Shown here: positions 51,624-64,000 of the stretch, piece by piece
Layout: every line of letters starts with the position of its first letter
Numbering within the stretch: the stretch's first letter is position 1
NCBI RefSeq assembly: GCF_006345805.1
Contig: NW_021831404.1
Coordinates: forward strand, 186,001 to 250,000
Length of the DNA stretch: 64,000 nucleotides
Reading direction: 5' to 3'
Origin: Octopus sinensis
Taxonomy: Eukaryota
The notes under the pieces: generated by a model
Databases searched by the model: none
The model's input: the letters and a program-made list of their open reading frames with translations, nothing else
Told to the model about the DNA's origin: nothing
Position numbers and translations under genes: made by a program

Positions 51624-52614
51624 CTCTAGTTGTGTGAGTGTCTGTCCCCTTCGATTTAGATTCCTAACTCCTCCCACATTTTGCGGTGCAATTTAACCAA
51701 ATTCGGGTATCTTATAGTCGTGATTCATATCGAGCCCGTCTGACTATTAGCGCGCGTCAACGATGAGTCTACGATTTTAAAAATAATTTAACATCATTTT
51801 TTATTCCATTTTAATGCATAAAATGCATCGTGTGTCGATGGCGGCGGAGTTGGCGTCCACGCTCACAGCTGCACCTGTTTGCTTCTCCCCCTTCCCTCCC
51901 TCGTGAAGCTGTGGGGAAGGGAGTGTAAAGAAATCAACGTCGTAATGCGTTGTGAAGGAGACCAGCGTTCTTTTAGAACAACGACTTCATGGCTTGAAGA
52001 CACCAAAACAAAAATGGCTAAGAAAGCCCGAATTTATAAGGGAAGTAACTCTCTAAAAATGCTTATATAGTTATTCCCTTACAACCCCGAGCACGCCGGG
52101 CGATACTGCTAGTATATATATAAACTCTAGTTGTGTGAGTGTCTGTCCCCTTCGATTTAGATTCCTAACTCCTCCCACATTTTGCGGTGCAGTTTAACCA
52201 AATTCGGGTATCTTATAGTCGTGATTCATATCGAGCCCGTCTGACTATTAGCGCGCGTCAACGATGAGTCTACGATTTTAAAAATAATTTAACATCATTT
52301 TTTATTCCATTTTAATGCATAAAATGCATCGTGTGTCGATGGCGGCGGAGTTGGCGTCCACGCTCACAGCTGCACCTGTTTGCTTCTCCCCCTTCCCTCC
52401 CTCGTGAAGCTGTGGGGAGGGAGTGTAAAGAAATCAACGTCGTAATGCGTTGTGAAGGAAACCAGCGTTCTTTTAGAACAACGACTTCATGGCTTGAAGA
52501 CACCAAAACAAAAATGGCTAAGAAAGCCCGAATTTATAAGGGAAGTAACTCTCTAAAAATGCTTATATAGTTATTTCCCTTACAAACCCGAGCAACGCCG
52601 GGCGATACTGCTAG
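51612..52614 (+). mobile_element. Head-to-tail dimer of Helitron family H2
   Basis: Two ~500-bp copies, CTAG ends at 52112 and 52614; 5' end of copy 1 buried in (TA)n. Confidence 0.85.
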
Positions 52615-52837
52615 TATATATATATATCTTTCTCTCTTTTCTCTTTTACTTGTTTCAGTCATTTGACTGCGGCCATGCTGGAGCACCGCCTTTAATCGAG
52701 CAACTCGACCCCGGTACTTATTCTTTGTAAGCCCAGATTCTATCGGTCTCTTTTGCTGAACCGCTAAGTGATGGGGACATAAACACACCAGCATCGGTTG
52801 TCAAGCTAGGGGGACAAACACAGACGCACAAACACAC

Positions 52838-52869
<32 letters not shown>

Positions 52870-52874
52870 TATAT

Positions 52875-52917
<43 letters not shown>

Positions 52918-53190
52918 TATACAACGGGCTTCTTTCGATTTCCGTCTACCAAATCCACTCACAAGGCTTTGGTCGGCCCGAGGCTATAGTAAAAGACACT
53001 TGCCCAAGGTGCCATAAAATTTTAAAATAGGATAAAATCTTAATAAGAATTTATCAAGTAGTTAGCGGGAAAAACCTCATAAGAGAAAAAAATCCACCAA
53101 TTTTTCCATATATATGTATATGCATGTATATATATGCGTGTGTGTGTATATGTATGTATGTATGTATATATATGTGTGTGTGTGTGTGTT

Positions 53191-53221
<31 letters not shown>

Positions 53222-53223
<2 letters not shown>

Positions 53224-53781
53224 TTTTTCCCACTAGGCCGCTGGTGGCAAAAGGAATTCTACAAAATTTTTTTCACCACCCTATATTGATTAATTATGAA
53301 TTTTCTGGTTAATTCCGTAATGGAATCGACGGCTTATATTTATTTGCTGCCGATAAATTTGGCGCGAGTACGACGATTTGAAAATTTTAGGTCAGATATT
53401 GCCTTGGCAGGGTTGGAAATGCCTCGTGAAAATATCTGTCCCGACTTGGCTATTTCTTGCTGAAGAATCTGAGGGCCTATGGAAGATTGGCTTGATTTAA
53501 TTTAATCAGGTTAGTTTACCATTAAACAGCAGACGAAACGGTGCATCGTACAAGAAATTACAGGGTAAATGTTTTTTTAAATTTTCTCCTGTTTACGGCA
53601 TTGATCTTTATTTGCGGTTGAAGCTTTGGCTGTTATTTCTAGTGGGTGAATGGCCTATTAAGGCCGTTCCTTGATTGTTGATGTTGAACTTAAAAATGGT
53701 CTACGACTATTTAATTTTTTCCCACTAGGCCGCTGGTGGCAAAAGGAATTCTACAAAATTTTTTTCACCACCCTATATTGA

Positions 53782-53789
<8 letters not shown>
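53222..53789 (+). mobile_element. Retrozyme/Penelope-like non-autonomous element: 492-bp unit plus 76-bp terminal direct repeat
   Basis: Identical 76-bp repeats 53222-53297 and 53714-53789; internal hammerhead; (TA)n-rich flanks on both sides. Confidence 0.65.
53452..53558 (+). ncRNA. Type I hammerhead ribozyme with long stem II
   Basis: Stem I ATTTCTTG (53452-59)/CAAGAAAT (53551-58); core CTGAAGA 53460-66; GAAA 53535-38; stem III ACGGT-gc-ATCGT; GUA triplet ending 53550; stem II closed by A.C then TCTG/CAGA. Confidence 0.75.
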
Positions 53790-53821
<32 letters not shown>

Positions 53822-54487
53822 TATTTTACTCATGTCTTATGTGGTTTCGGGTTCAGCCCCACTGCGCGACTCCTTGAGCAAGTATCTTCTGCTATAGGTC
53901 CATGCTGACCAATAACTTATGAGTGAATTTGGTAGAAGGAAACTGTGGGGAAGCCGTTTTTTTTGTGCGTGTGTCCCATCATCATCACCACTTTACAACT
54001 ATTGTTGCTGTGTTTATATCCTCGTAACTTAGAGGTTGTCAAACAACAAAACAGAAATAGCACTCAACATTGAGAAATACGTTCTGCGTCCGATTTATTC
54101 CACTAAACCCGTCAACGCAGTGCCCCAGCATAGCCGCAGTCCAGTGAATGGAACAAGTTGAAGGTAAATGTTGAGTGACACAAGCTGTAATATTTGTCTC
54201 AGAGAAATTTCTCATGAAAAGCTTTGTGTGTTAAAACCACCATCGTCCAGAATGATACCCGCGAATTGTCAGACACACATGTTTCGACTTGATTTAGCCT
54301 CTTCAGGGACGAACGTCTTCGTACATTCTGTTTTAGATCTGAACATTTTGTGTGATACAGAAATCAACAGACAAAATATTTAGTGATTTGTGTGGAAGTT
54401 GATCAAGCTTGAATTAAAATAATATTCATCTGTGTGTGTGTGTGTGTGGTATGTGCGTGTGAATGTATGTGAACGTGGTGTACGTAC

Positions 54488-54527
<40 letters not shown>

Positions 54528-55529
54528 GCGTGTGTGTTTGTGTATGTTTGTGTGTGTGTGTGTGTGTGTGTGGGTGTGTGAGTAATGTCCATGTGAGGCC
54601 GTTGTGTGGTCATATCACTTCCTTTTCCTTTCTTCCGGCAGATAGGTCACACTAGCTTAACAACAGGAAATAAATAAACCTCATTCTGATTCAGAAACTA
54701 AATTCTTCATCGCCATTGTTGACTGTCTGAGTAACTTACAATTATTTGTCTCCACGATCCAGGTTAAGATGCGTAACGACCTCGTGATGTAATAAATCGA
54801 AAGAATGCCTCATTCTCTTTATCCATTAAATTTTGGCTTGCATCCTAAGCAAAAACAACAGCACATCATGTAAGACTATTTCTCAGGTAACGGAACACTT
54901 CTAAATAATTAATTCGAAGCGAATGAATGAATGAATTAATTAATTCACGCCGTCGCTACCAAAATATTAAATATTATTTATTTCCAGTCCGGGACTTGGT
55001 TAGTTTTGGTTTAAAGTTCTGTGACAAAGAAATGCCCATCTTGTTTCATGGTTTCCATCGTTAGAAATAATAATAAATAAATAAAAAAATTTAAGCTGGA
55101 AGTTGTGGTGGAACTGTCATTGTTCTCGTGGAACTTCAAGCCTTTGTTCATAAACGAAGATATACGAACTACGTTGATATGTAAGTATTAAAAATACATT
55201 GAATTGGCAAGACTTATTTTTTGTATTTCCTTATTTTGGCCCGTATTCTTTTAGTCACACATTTGATAGTGAGTAGATCTATTCCGAAAGTGCTCCCTCC
55301 GTGACCATCTGGTTGGTAGCAGTGATCGAGTTTCATTAATAACAAGCGCCCGCATATCTCCATCTTCCTTCCTTCTTTCCTTCCTCCATCCATCCACCCA
55401 TACATACAGACACATACACACACATACATAGACTTTTTCTATTCCTGAGCGTTATACTAATACATCTGTTTGTTTTGTACACCACCTGTCTCCGTCTTTT
55501 GTTTTTTTTCGTAAACTCTCCCTATACAT

Positions 55530-55720
55530 ACATACATACATACATACATAGATGAATACATACATACATACATTCGTACATACATACATTCATACATCAT
55601 ACATACATCATACATACATACATCATACATACATACATCATACATACATACATCATACATACATACATCATACATACATACATCATACATACATACATAC
55701 ATACATACATACACACATAC
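55530..55720. repeat. (CATA)n with a 15-bp catcatacatacata higher-order repeat
   Basis: Direct inspection; explains DVCMY/HTYIH ORFs. Confidence 0.9.
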
Positions 55721-56429
55721 AGAGAGACACATACCTACATACGTCTTCTGCTATAGTGCTGGGTCAACCAATTCCTTGTGAGTAGACGGAAACTGGAAGT
55801 TCGTTGTGTGTGTGTGTGCGTACAGTACGTGCAGGCATGTGTTTCGTTGCACCCATGAACTTGACAACTGGTGTTGTTTTGTTTACGTCCCCATAATCTC
55901 GCAGGTCGACAAAACCGACTGATAGCACCAAAAAATTAAAAAAAAAAGGCCCGCAAGCCCATATGTAAAAAAAAAAGGAGTTTTTTACGGAAATCGACGG
56001 AAAGGTCTACTAGAAACGAAAGATTGCCAAAAGGCCCTTAAAAGGAATAAGTACAGGGATCGATTTGATCGATAGAATAAGTACTAGGCTGACAAAGAAT
56101 AAGTCGTGGGGCCGATGTGCTCGACTAAAGGTGGTACTCCAGCATGGCCACAGTCAAATGACTGAAACAAGTAAAAGTTAGTAAAGAGTATAGTCTAAAG
56201 ATGTAACTCTTGTGAATCTGAAGACTTCTCGTAAGGTTGTATGATATTTTTTTTTGTAAAGTATTAACCCTTTTGATACCAACCTGCCTGAGACCAACCC
56301 TGGTTCTGTGAAACAATTTCACTGCTTTAAATTGATTTAATTTAGTATCTGCCATCAGAATTTTGTGCTACTTTATGTTCTGAGCACCAGCTTAACCCTT
56401 TAACATTCTGATATATGAAAGACAGAGTA

Positions 56430-57400
56430 AAAGGTAGACTGAATGACGTATGTGTACGAACAGCCATGCTACATGGCAGTGAAGCATGGGCTGTGACTGC
56501 TGAGGACATGCGTAAGCTCGCAAGGAATGAAGCCAGTATGCTCCGATGGATGTGTAATGCCAGTGTGCATACTTGACAGAGTGTAAGTACCTTGAGAGAA
56601 AAGTTGGACCTAAGAAGCATCAGATGTGGTGTGCAAGGGAGACGACTGCACTGGTATGGCCATGTGGCGAGAATGGATGAGGATAGCTGTATGAAAAAGT
56701 GTCACATCCTAACAGTTGATGGAAGACCTGGGATGAGGTGGTGAAACATGACCTTCGAACATTAGGCCTCACCGAGGCAATGACTAGTGACCGAGACCTT
56801 TGGAAATATGCAGTGCGTGAGAAGACCCGGCAAGCCAAGTGATTTCATAACACATGGCCTATGCCAGGGGTGTAACCAGCCCACTTATGCATACCTTTCC
56901 TTCCTTGGACACTAAACTCTGCTTGTGAAGACCTGTTGAGCCAAGTGAAATCGAAATCAAATCAAATTCGCTAATTTGATGACTGGCACCCATGCCAGTG
57001 GAGCACTAAGAGCACCATCCGAGCATGATTGCTGCCTGAGCAGGTCACTGATCATTACCAGTGTCGCCTTAGTGGCACTTGTGCCTGTGGCATGTGAAAA
57101 AACATTCGAGCGAGGTTGTTTCCAGTGCTGCTGGACTGGTTCCTGTGCAGGTGACATGTAAAAAGCACCACTTGAACGTGGCCACTGCCAGTACCACCTG
57201 ACTGGCCCTCGTGCTGGTGGCATGTAAAAGCACCCATTACACTCTCAGAATGGTTGGCATTAGGAAGGGCATCCAGCTGGAGAAACTCTGCCAGATCAGA
57301 TTGGAGCCTGGTGCAGCCATCTGGTTCGCCAGTCCTCACTCAAATCGTCCAACCCATGCTAACATGGAAAGCAGACGTTAAACGTTGATGATGATGATGA
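56430..57400 (+). mobile_element. RTE LINE 3' fragment nested in a piggyBac MITE (56396-57612)
   Basis: Same ORF end and 3'UTR as 10440; (GAT)n tail. Confidence 0.9.
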
Positions 57401-57954
57401 CAATGATATGGCTTCTCTTAGATACAAGCTTATTCATTCATGTTATTTTGAATTAATTATGCATTATCTCAAAGCTTCAAGGTTATGATGATATGATTGT
57501 ATATTTTTAGAATGACATTGTAGGTTAGGTGTGAGAGGCCAGATCCATCTAGTTTGAACGTAGACCAAGTTGAATATTTGGACTGGATACAGCTGGTTTA
57601 AATACTTAAGGATTAATTATGAAAAGTTATTATCTTTATTTTTTATACTTATTTCAGTCATTAGACAGTAGCCATACTGGAGTACTGTCTTGAAGAGTTT
57701 TTAGTCAAATGAATGGACCCCAGTCTTTTTTTTTCTATCAGTGTCTTTTGCCAAAACATTAAGTTACAGGGATGTAAACAAACCAACACTGGTTGCCAAG
57801 CAGTGATGGAGTGCAAAGAGAGATAAAAATAACCCAGACATATAGTTGTATATATATATATGTGTATACAATGGGCTTCTTTCAGTTTCTGTCTATGTAA
57901 TCCATTCACAAGGCTTTGGTCAGCCTGTGGCTATAGTAGCAGACCCTTGCTTAA

Positions 57955-58174
57955 CCCTTTCGTAACTGTATTTATTTTGAGATGCTCTGTGTTTCTTTCA
58001 ATTAATTTAAATATAACAAAGAATTTAGTAAAATAATTTAGTTATCATTAAGCAAGTGTTAGGAACATAAATTGTGACGAAGGTTTGGTGGAAGATTTTA
58101 ATTCAAAACATATGAAAACAAGACATTTGTACTCGGAGCCAGAGCCGGTTTCAGCCGGATTGGTAACGAAAGGG
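57955..58174. mobile_element. piggyBac MITE inserted into a SINE
   Basis: ttaa-ccctttcgtaac...gtaacgaaaggg-ttaa; splits the SINE at cttgc/ggtgcc; related to 11998-12206. Confidence 0.9.
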
Positions 58175-58370
58175 TTAAGGTGCCATACAATGGGACTGAA
58201 CTCAGAACCAAGTAGTTGGGAAATAAATGTCTTATATATATAGCCATGCTTGTGTCTAGCATGCTAAATTCTTCAATAGTTTCGAAATTAATTTAAAAAA
58301 AAGGCAAAGTATTTAAACCTTTACTATTCAGATTACTTTGTGAAATGTTATGCTTATTTATTCACACTGT

Positions 58371-58733
58371 TCGTGGAAGCGCAATGGCCCAGTGGTTAGG
58401 GCAGCGGACTCGCGGTCGTAGGATCGCGGTTTCGATTCCCAGACCGGGCGTTGTGAGTGTTTATTGAGCGAAAACGCCTAAAGCGCCACGAGGCTCCGGC
58501 AGGGATGGTGGTGATCCCTGCTGTACTCTTTCACCACAACTTTCTCTCACTCTTACTTCCTGTTTCTGTTGTACCTGTATTTCAAAGGGCCAACCTTGTC
58601 ACTCTCTGTGTCACGCTGAATATCCCCGAGAACTACGTTAAGGGTACACATGTCTGTGGAGTGCTCAGCCACTTACACGTTAATTTCACGAGCAGGCTGC
58701 TCTGTTGATCAGATCAACCGGAACCCTCATTCA
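58371..58733 (+). mobile_element. SINE family C with tRNA-like head
   Basis: A box TGGCCCAGTGG, B box GGTTTCGATTCCC; 12-bp TSD TATTCACACTGT. Relative at 47887-48228 (-) with TSD AATGAGGAAT. Confidence 0.9.
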
Positions 58734-59489
58734 TATTCACACTGTATTGAATTGATCATAAATTAACTTGTAACTTTTTAGAATGACATTGTAGGTTAGG
58801 TGTGAGAGGCCACAATAATGTGATAGATTGACATTGTATGGTAGGTGTGAAAGGTCAGATCTGGCCAGTTTGAACACAAAGCAGGTAGAATATTTTCGCT
58901 GGATATGGCCAGTTTAAATGCTAAAAGATAGGCAAAGATATCGTAATAAAAGGGTTTACAAACAAAATTCAGTTGTTTTATATCCATAGTTTATCAGTAT
59001 AGAACTACGGAAATATCACACTGTAGAACCTTTTACTTCTTAAGTTCAGAACTTATACTTTATAAATATCTTTAACTTACACTGTTTATTTCTCTATTAT
59101 TTCAGATTATCAAGTGACGCTGGCATTGAAATAATTCCATTCTTAATAAGCATCAAAAGTTTTTTTCATCTGTTTAAAAATATATATATATATATATATC
59201 ATGTGATCATGTGACCGACCAGACCATCAGATGTTGTTACACATCGCTGGTCACAATGCGTTCGCATTGTTTTAGCCTTTGAATGACGCCACCCCGCTGG
59301 CTAAGCGAGCAGGCCAACAGAAGAAAGAGTGGTGAAAGAGTACAGCAGGGATCGCCACCCCCTGCCGGAGCGTCGTGGAGCTTTTAGGTGTTTTCGCTCA
59401 ATAAACACTCACAACGCCCGGTCTGGGAATCGAAACCGTGATCCTACGACCACAAGTCCACTGCCCTAACCACTGGGCCATTGTGCCTC

Positions 59490-59522
<33 letters not shown>

Positions 59523-59790
59523 GTGTGGATGAATTACTATGAAACATTTCCAATGAAATGAGATTAGAAACAACATTTCTCTACTCTTCTACCTGGAGTG
59601 TGTACAAGACAATCTTGCATTCTAATTAAATGTGGAAAATTTATTGAAGATGTAACTGGCTCCCCTGTGTAAGAAATCTAAGACCAAGATCACGGTGGCT
59701 GGAATGTAGTTGAAGAAATATTTGAAAGAAATCAGATATTGAACTTAACACAAAATAAATATCCATATATTATAGTTACAGCAGAAGATT

Positions 59791-60987
59791 ATGGAAAATG
59801 AATTGTGTGAGACCCAGGTTATTTATAAAACGCATTCCAAAAGGACCGAATTTCCTGATGAGATTCTGAAACAGATAGGAAAAACATCATACTACTGTGA
59901 TATCTGTAAAAAGTCATTCTCTAAAAAAAGTAACCTAACACGACATGAACGTATTCATACAGGGGAGAAGCCATATCATTGTGATATCTGTGGTAAATCA
60001 TTCTCTCAAAATAGTGTCTTGACTACTCACATACGTATTCATACAGGAGAGAAGCCATATCATTGTGATATCTGTGGTAAATCATTCTCTGAAAGTGGTA
60101 ACTTAACTACTCATAAACACGTTCATACGGAAGAGAAACTGTATCACTGTGATATCTGTGGTAAATCTTTCTCTACAGTTGGTAATCTAGCTACTCACAA
60201 ACATATTCATACAGAAGAGAAACCATATCACTGTGATATATATAGTAAGTTATTCTCTGAAAGTAGTAAAGTAACTACTCGTAAGCATATTCATGCTGGA
60301 GAGAAGCCATATCACTGTGATATCTGTGGTAAATCATTCTCTACGTCGTTTCTGTCAACTTCTCACAAACGTATTCATACAGGAGAGAAGCCATATCACT
60401 GCGATATCTGTGGCAAATCATTCTCCATAGGTAGTAATTTAACTATTCATAAACGTATTCATACAGGAGAGAAACCATATCACTGTGATATCTGTGGTAA
60501 ATCATTCTCTCAAAGTAGTGTCTTAACCACTCACATACGTATTCATACAGGGGAAAGGCCGTATCACTGTGACATTTGTGGAAAATCATTCTCTGTTACA
60601 TGCAGCTTAACTAAACACATACGAATTCACACAGGAGAGAGGCCATATCACTGTGATATCTGTGGTAAATCATTCTCCATAGATAGCCATTTAACAACTC
60701 ACAAACGTATTCATACAGGAGAGAAGCCATATCTCTGCGATATCTGTGGTAAAACATTCTCTCGAAGAAGTTACTTGAATTCTCACAAATGCATTCATGC
60801 AAGCAATAAACCATTTCTTTGTGATATCTGTGATATTTCATTCTCTCAAAAGGGCGAGTTAACTTCTCACAAACATACTCACACAGGAGGTAAACCATAC
60901 CTCTGTGATATCTGTGATAAGTCATTTTCTGGGAAAGGTGGTTTAACTCGACACAAACTCATCCATATGGAAGAGAAGCAGTGCTAA
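59791..60987 (+). CDS. C2H2 zinc-finger protein, 13 tandem fingers (finger 5 degenerate), no recognisable effector domain in this ORF
   Basis: 398-aa open ORF with 28-aa periodic C-x2-C..H-x3-H repeats and TGEKP linkers; possible acceptor ttacag/cag at 59776-59784; AATAAA near 61378. Confidence 0.95.
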   Translation: MENELCETQVIYKTHSKRTEFPDEILKQIGKTSYYCDICKKSFSKKSNLTRHERIHTGEKPYHCDICGKSFSQNSVLTTHIRIHTGEKPYHCDICGKSFSESGNLTTHKHVHTEEKLYHCDICGKSFSTVGNLATHKHIHTEEKPYHCDIYSKLFSESSKVTTRKHIHAGEKPYHCDICGKSFSTSFLSTSHKRIHTGEKPYHCDICGKSFSIGSNLTIHKRIHTGEKPYHCDICGKSFSQSSVLTTHIRIHTGERPYHCDICGKSFSVTCSLTKHIRIHTGERPYHCDICGKSFSIDSHLTTHKRIHTGEKPYLCDICGKTFSRRSYLNSHKCIHASNKPFLCDICDISFSQKGELTSHKHTHTGGKPYLCDICDKSFSGKGGLTRHKLIHMEEKQC

Positions 60988-61671
60988 ATTTTTCTCACAG
61001 AATCCATTTTTCACACAGAACAATAAGTACAATGCATTGGTACATTTCATCTGGAAGAAATACTTTGTTCAAACTTTATGATACCAAAATGCCTGAGAAA
61101 GACTCTGGTTTTATGATACAAGTTCTGTTTTAAAGTGATTTGAATTAAAATCTCCCATCAAAATTTCATTCCAAACCCCATCTTAATATTGACAAAGTTA
61201 TTTTACTAGATTCTTTCTTATTTTCAAAATTAATTCAAACAAAGATTGTGTTTTTCGACAAAAAGGATATATTCTCAAAGGAGAGATGATGTAATGGTAT
61301 AATAACTATTCAATACTATTATATAGAATTGAAAATGAATCTACATTGGTGAGATTAACTTCCTCTGTAATATTTTTAATAAAAACATTTATTCAGAATA
61401 TTCATATATATTTCATTTTAGAAATTTCTAAAGAAAAAAAAAATTACCACTGATTTATTTGATATTGTCAGCAGAAACTGAGAAATGTCTTTGTCCTAAA
61501 TTAAAAATTACATCACTGTACAACTTGCTTTAAATAAAATACACAAACCATACAAAAAATATTTCATAGTACTGTAAGATAATATATATGAGATCTTATG
61601 TGTTCTAAATCTTGTATTCATTCATTCTTTCATATATTTTATGTATATTCTGGTCTGAAATTGATAGTGTA

Positions 61672-61714
<43 letters not shown>

Positions 61715-62169
61715 TACAGGGTTTGCTCCTCAAATTGGACATTACCTATTCAATCTTGTCAATATCATCCTCAAATTCATCATTCTCACTTATATTATAT
61801 TCAGTCTTGACTACATTTTCAGCTTTCTCAATTTCATCAACTTTGATTTTGCCATTAGCTTTCATTTCACTATGGTCAACTTAAATTTAATGTTTATCAG
61901 AAGTATTGTTCTCCACCTGTCGTAGCCAACCAGAGGAAGAAAATTTTAAATGATATTAGAAAACTAATTGTGACAAATTATAATAAAGTTTGTACTGTGA
62001 CTGAAATTGTCTCCATATTAGATAGCCTTCGGGCAAGCATTCAAAATATTATTTTAGTTTGCAAACAGAAAGAACGTATTGAACAAAAAAATCAAGGAGG
62101 TTTCCAAACCAGTAAAATTTCAAAAGATATTAAAATCTTAAGTAGATGAAAATTGTCATATATATTTAA

Positions 62170-62372
62170 TCCTTTTTATACCAACCTACCTGAGACTGAT
62201 CTTAGTTCTTTGATACAAGTTTCTTATTTTAAAGGAATCAAAATTTCATGTTAATTCATGTTTTAAACACAAACTTAATTACAACAAAGTTGCTTCATCG
62301 AATTCTTCATCATTTTCAAAATTTATTCAAACAATGACAGTGTACTTCAACAGAAATATGGTAACAAAAGGG
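62170..62372. mobile_element. piggyBac MITE (ccttttgatacc family; relatives at 16839-17060, 56270-56390, 61075-61260)
   Basis: TTAA flanks, gtaacaaaaggg right TIR. Confidence 0.75.
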
Positions 62373-63598
62373 TTAAAAATGCTGTCCAATGTGGTTTTTG
62401 TGTATTTGAATGTGAAGTTGTCAAAAACAGGTGTTTATAAATGCAATAAAAGTCTCCTTTACACATTCAAGAGGTCTAATGGAATTTATTCAAACAATGA
62501 CAGTGGCACCTTGGGCAAGTGTCTTCTACTATAGCCTCGGGCCGACCAAGGCCTTGTGAGTGGATTTGGTAGACGGAAACTGAAAGAAGCCCGTCGTATA
62601 TATGTATATATTTATATATGCGTGTATGTGTTTGTCCCCCAAGCATTGCTTGACAACCGATGCTGGTGTGTTTATGTCCCCGTCACTTAGCGGTTTGGCA
62701 AAAGAGACCGATAGAATAAGTACTGGGCTTACAAAAGAATAAGTCCCAGGGTCGATTTTCTCGATTAAAGGCGGTGCTCCAGCATGGCCGCAGTCAAATG
62801 ACTGAAACAAGTAAAAAGAGAGAAAAAAAAAATGTGTGTCTCACTCCAAGCCCTAAGATCAGTCTCAAGCAGGTTGGTATCAAAAGGGGTTAAAGATATG
62901 ACATTTTTCAGCCACTTAAGACTGTATAAAGATTTTAATATCTTTTGAAATTTTACTACTTTGAAAACCTCCTCAATTTTTTTTTGTTCAAAACGTTCTC
63001 TCTGTTTGTATCATTACTCCTTTTACTCTTTTTACTTGTTTCAGTCATTCGACTGTGGCCATGCTGGAGCACCGCCTTTAGCTGAGCAATTCGACCCCAG
63101 GTTTTATTCTTTGTTAGCCTAGTACTTATTCTATCGGTTTCTTTTTTGCCAAACCACTAAGTTACGGGGACGTAAACACACCAGCATCGGTTGTCAAGCG
63201 ATGTTGGGGAGGACACACACACACATAAACATATACACACGCATACATATATATACATATATACGACGGGTTTCTTTCAGTTTCCGTCTACCAAATCCAC
63301 TTGAGGATTTGGTCGACCCGAGGTTATAGTAGAAGACACTTGCCCAAGGTGCCACGCAGTGGGACTGAACCCAGAATCATGTGGCTGGTAAGCAAGCTAC
63401 TTACCACACAGCCACTCTTGTGCCTAAATAACAGTTTTAAACACTTGCCTGAAGACGTTCTAATATGGAGGTGATTTCAGTTACAGTGCAATCTTCATTA
63501 CAATTTGACACAATCAGTCTTCTAACATCATTTATATTTTTCTTCTTCTGCTTGGTGTACTTATAAGTGTTAATGCACTAAAACTTTTTTTTACTCAT

Positions 63599-64000
63599 GG
63601 ATGTATAATGTCAATGTGCATACTCGACAGAGTGTGAGTACCTTGAGAGAAAAATTGGACCTAAGAAGCATCAGATGTGGTGTGCAAGGGAGACGACTGC
63701 ACTCGTATGGTCATGTGGCGAGAATGGATGAGGATAGATGTATGAAAAAGTGTCACACCCTAGCGGTTGAGGGAACCTGTAGAAGAGGTAGACCCAGGAA
63801 GACCTGGGATGAGGTGGTGAAGCATGACCTTCGAACATTAGGCCTCACCGAGGCAATGACTAGTGACTGAGACCTTTGGAAATATGCTGTGCTTGAGAAG
63901 ACCTGACAAGTCAAGTGAGATCATAACCTTGTGGCCTAGGCCAGAGGTGTAACCAGTCCACTTATGCATGCTTTTCCTTCATTGGACACTAAACTCTGCT
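63599..64000 (+). mobile_element. RTE LINE fragment running off the window end
   Basis: ORF 63601-63870 GRRLHSYGHVARMDED..GRPRKTWDEVV. Confidence 0.9.

Noticed and set aside
58373-58450. tRNA gene
   Set aside because: Head of a SINE with TSDs and a downstream body; no convincing cloverleaf

Overview
Eukaryotic, AT-rich, repeat-dense genomic DNA, most likely from an octopus. The basis is the tRNA-headed SINE families, abundant (TA)n/(ATT)n/(GATA)n microsatellites and a [18 protein letters not shown]2H2 array; this is inference, not a database match. Two protein-coding genes are supportable. (1) A minus-strand SNX22/SNX24-like PX-domain sorting nexin, reconstructed here from six small GT-AG exons (40520-40458, 17325-17242, 15776-15672, 9090-9002, 4394-4300, 1009-933; 513 nt, 170 aa) spread over about 39.6 kb; the ORF track shows only a fragment of it. 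(2) A plus-strand 13-finger C2H2 zinc-finger ORF (59791-60987). The rest is mostly nested transposable elements: several SINE families, RTE, CR1, R4/Dong-like and CRE LINE fragments, a decayed Helitron Rep-helicase, non-autonomous Helitrons, and hAT, piggyBac, mariner and Tigger-type MITEs. The most notable signals are several unrelated type I hammerhead-ribozyme motifs in short elements inserted in (TA)n between 43 and 54 kb, including a retrozyme-like 492-bp unit with 76-bp terminal redundancy and two core-variant motifs, and two oppositely oriented 27-bp minisatellite arrays bracketing the frame-preserving SNX exon 2. All folding and alignment was done by eye, so repeat boundaries are approximate.
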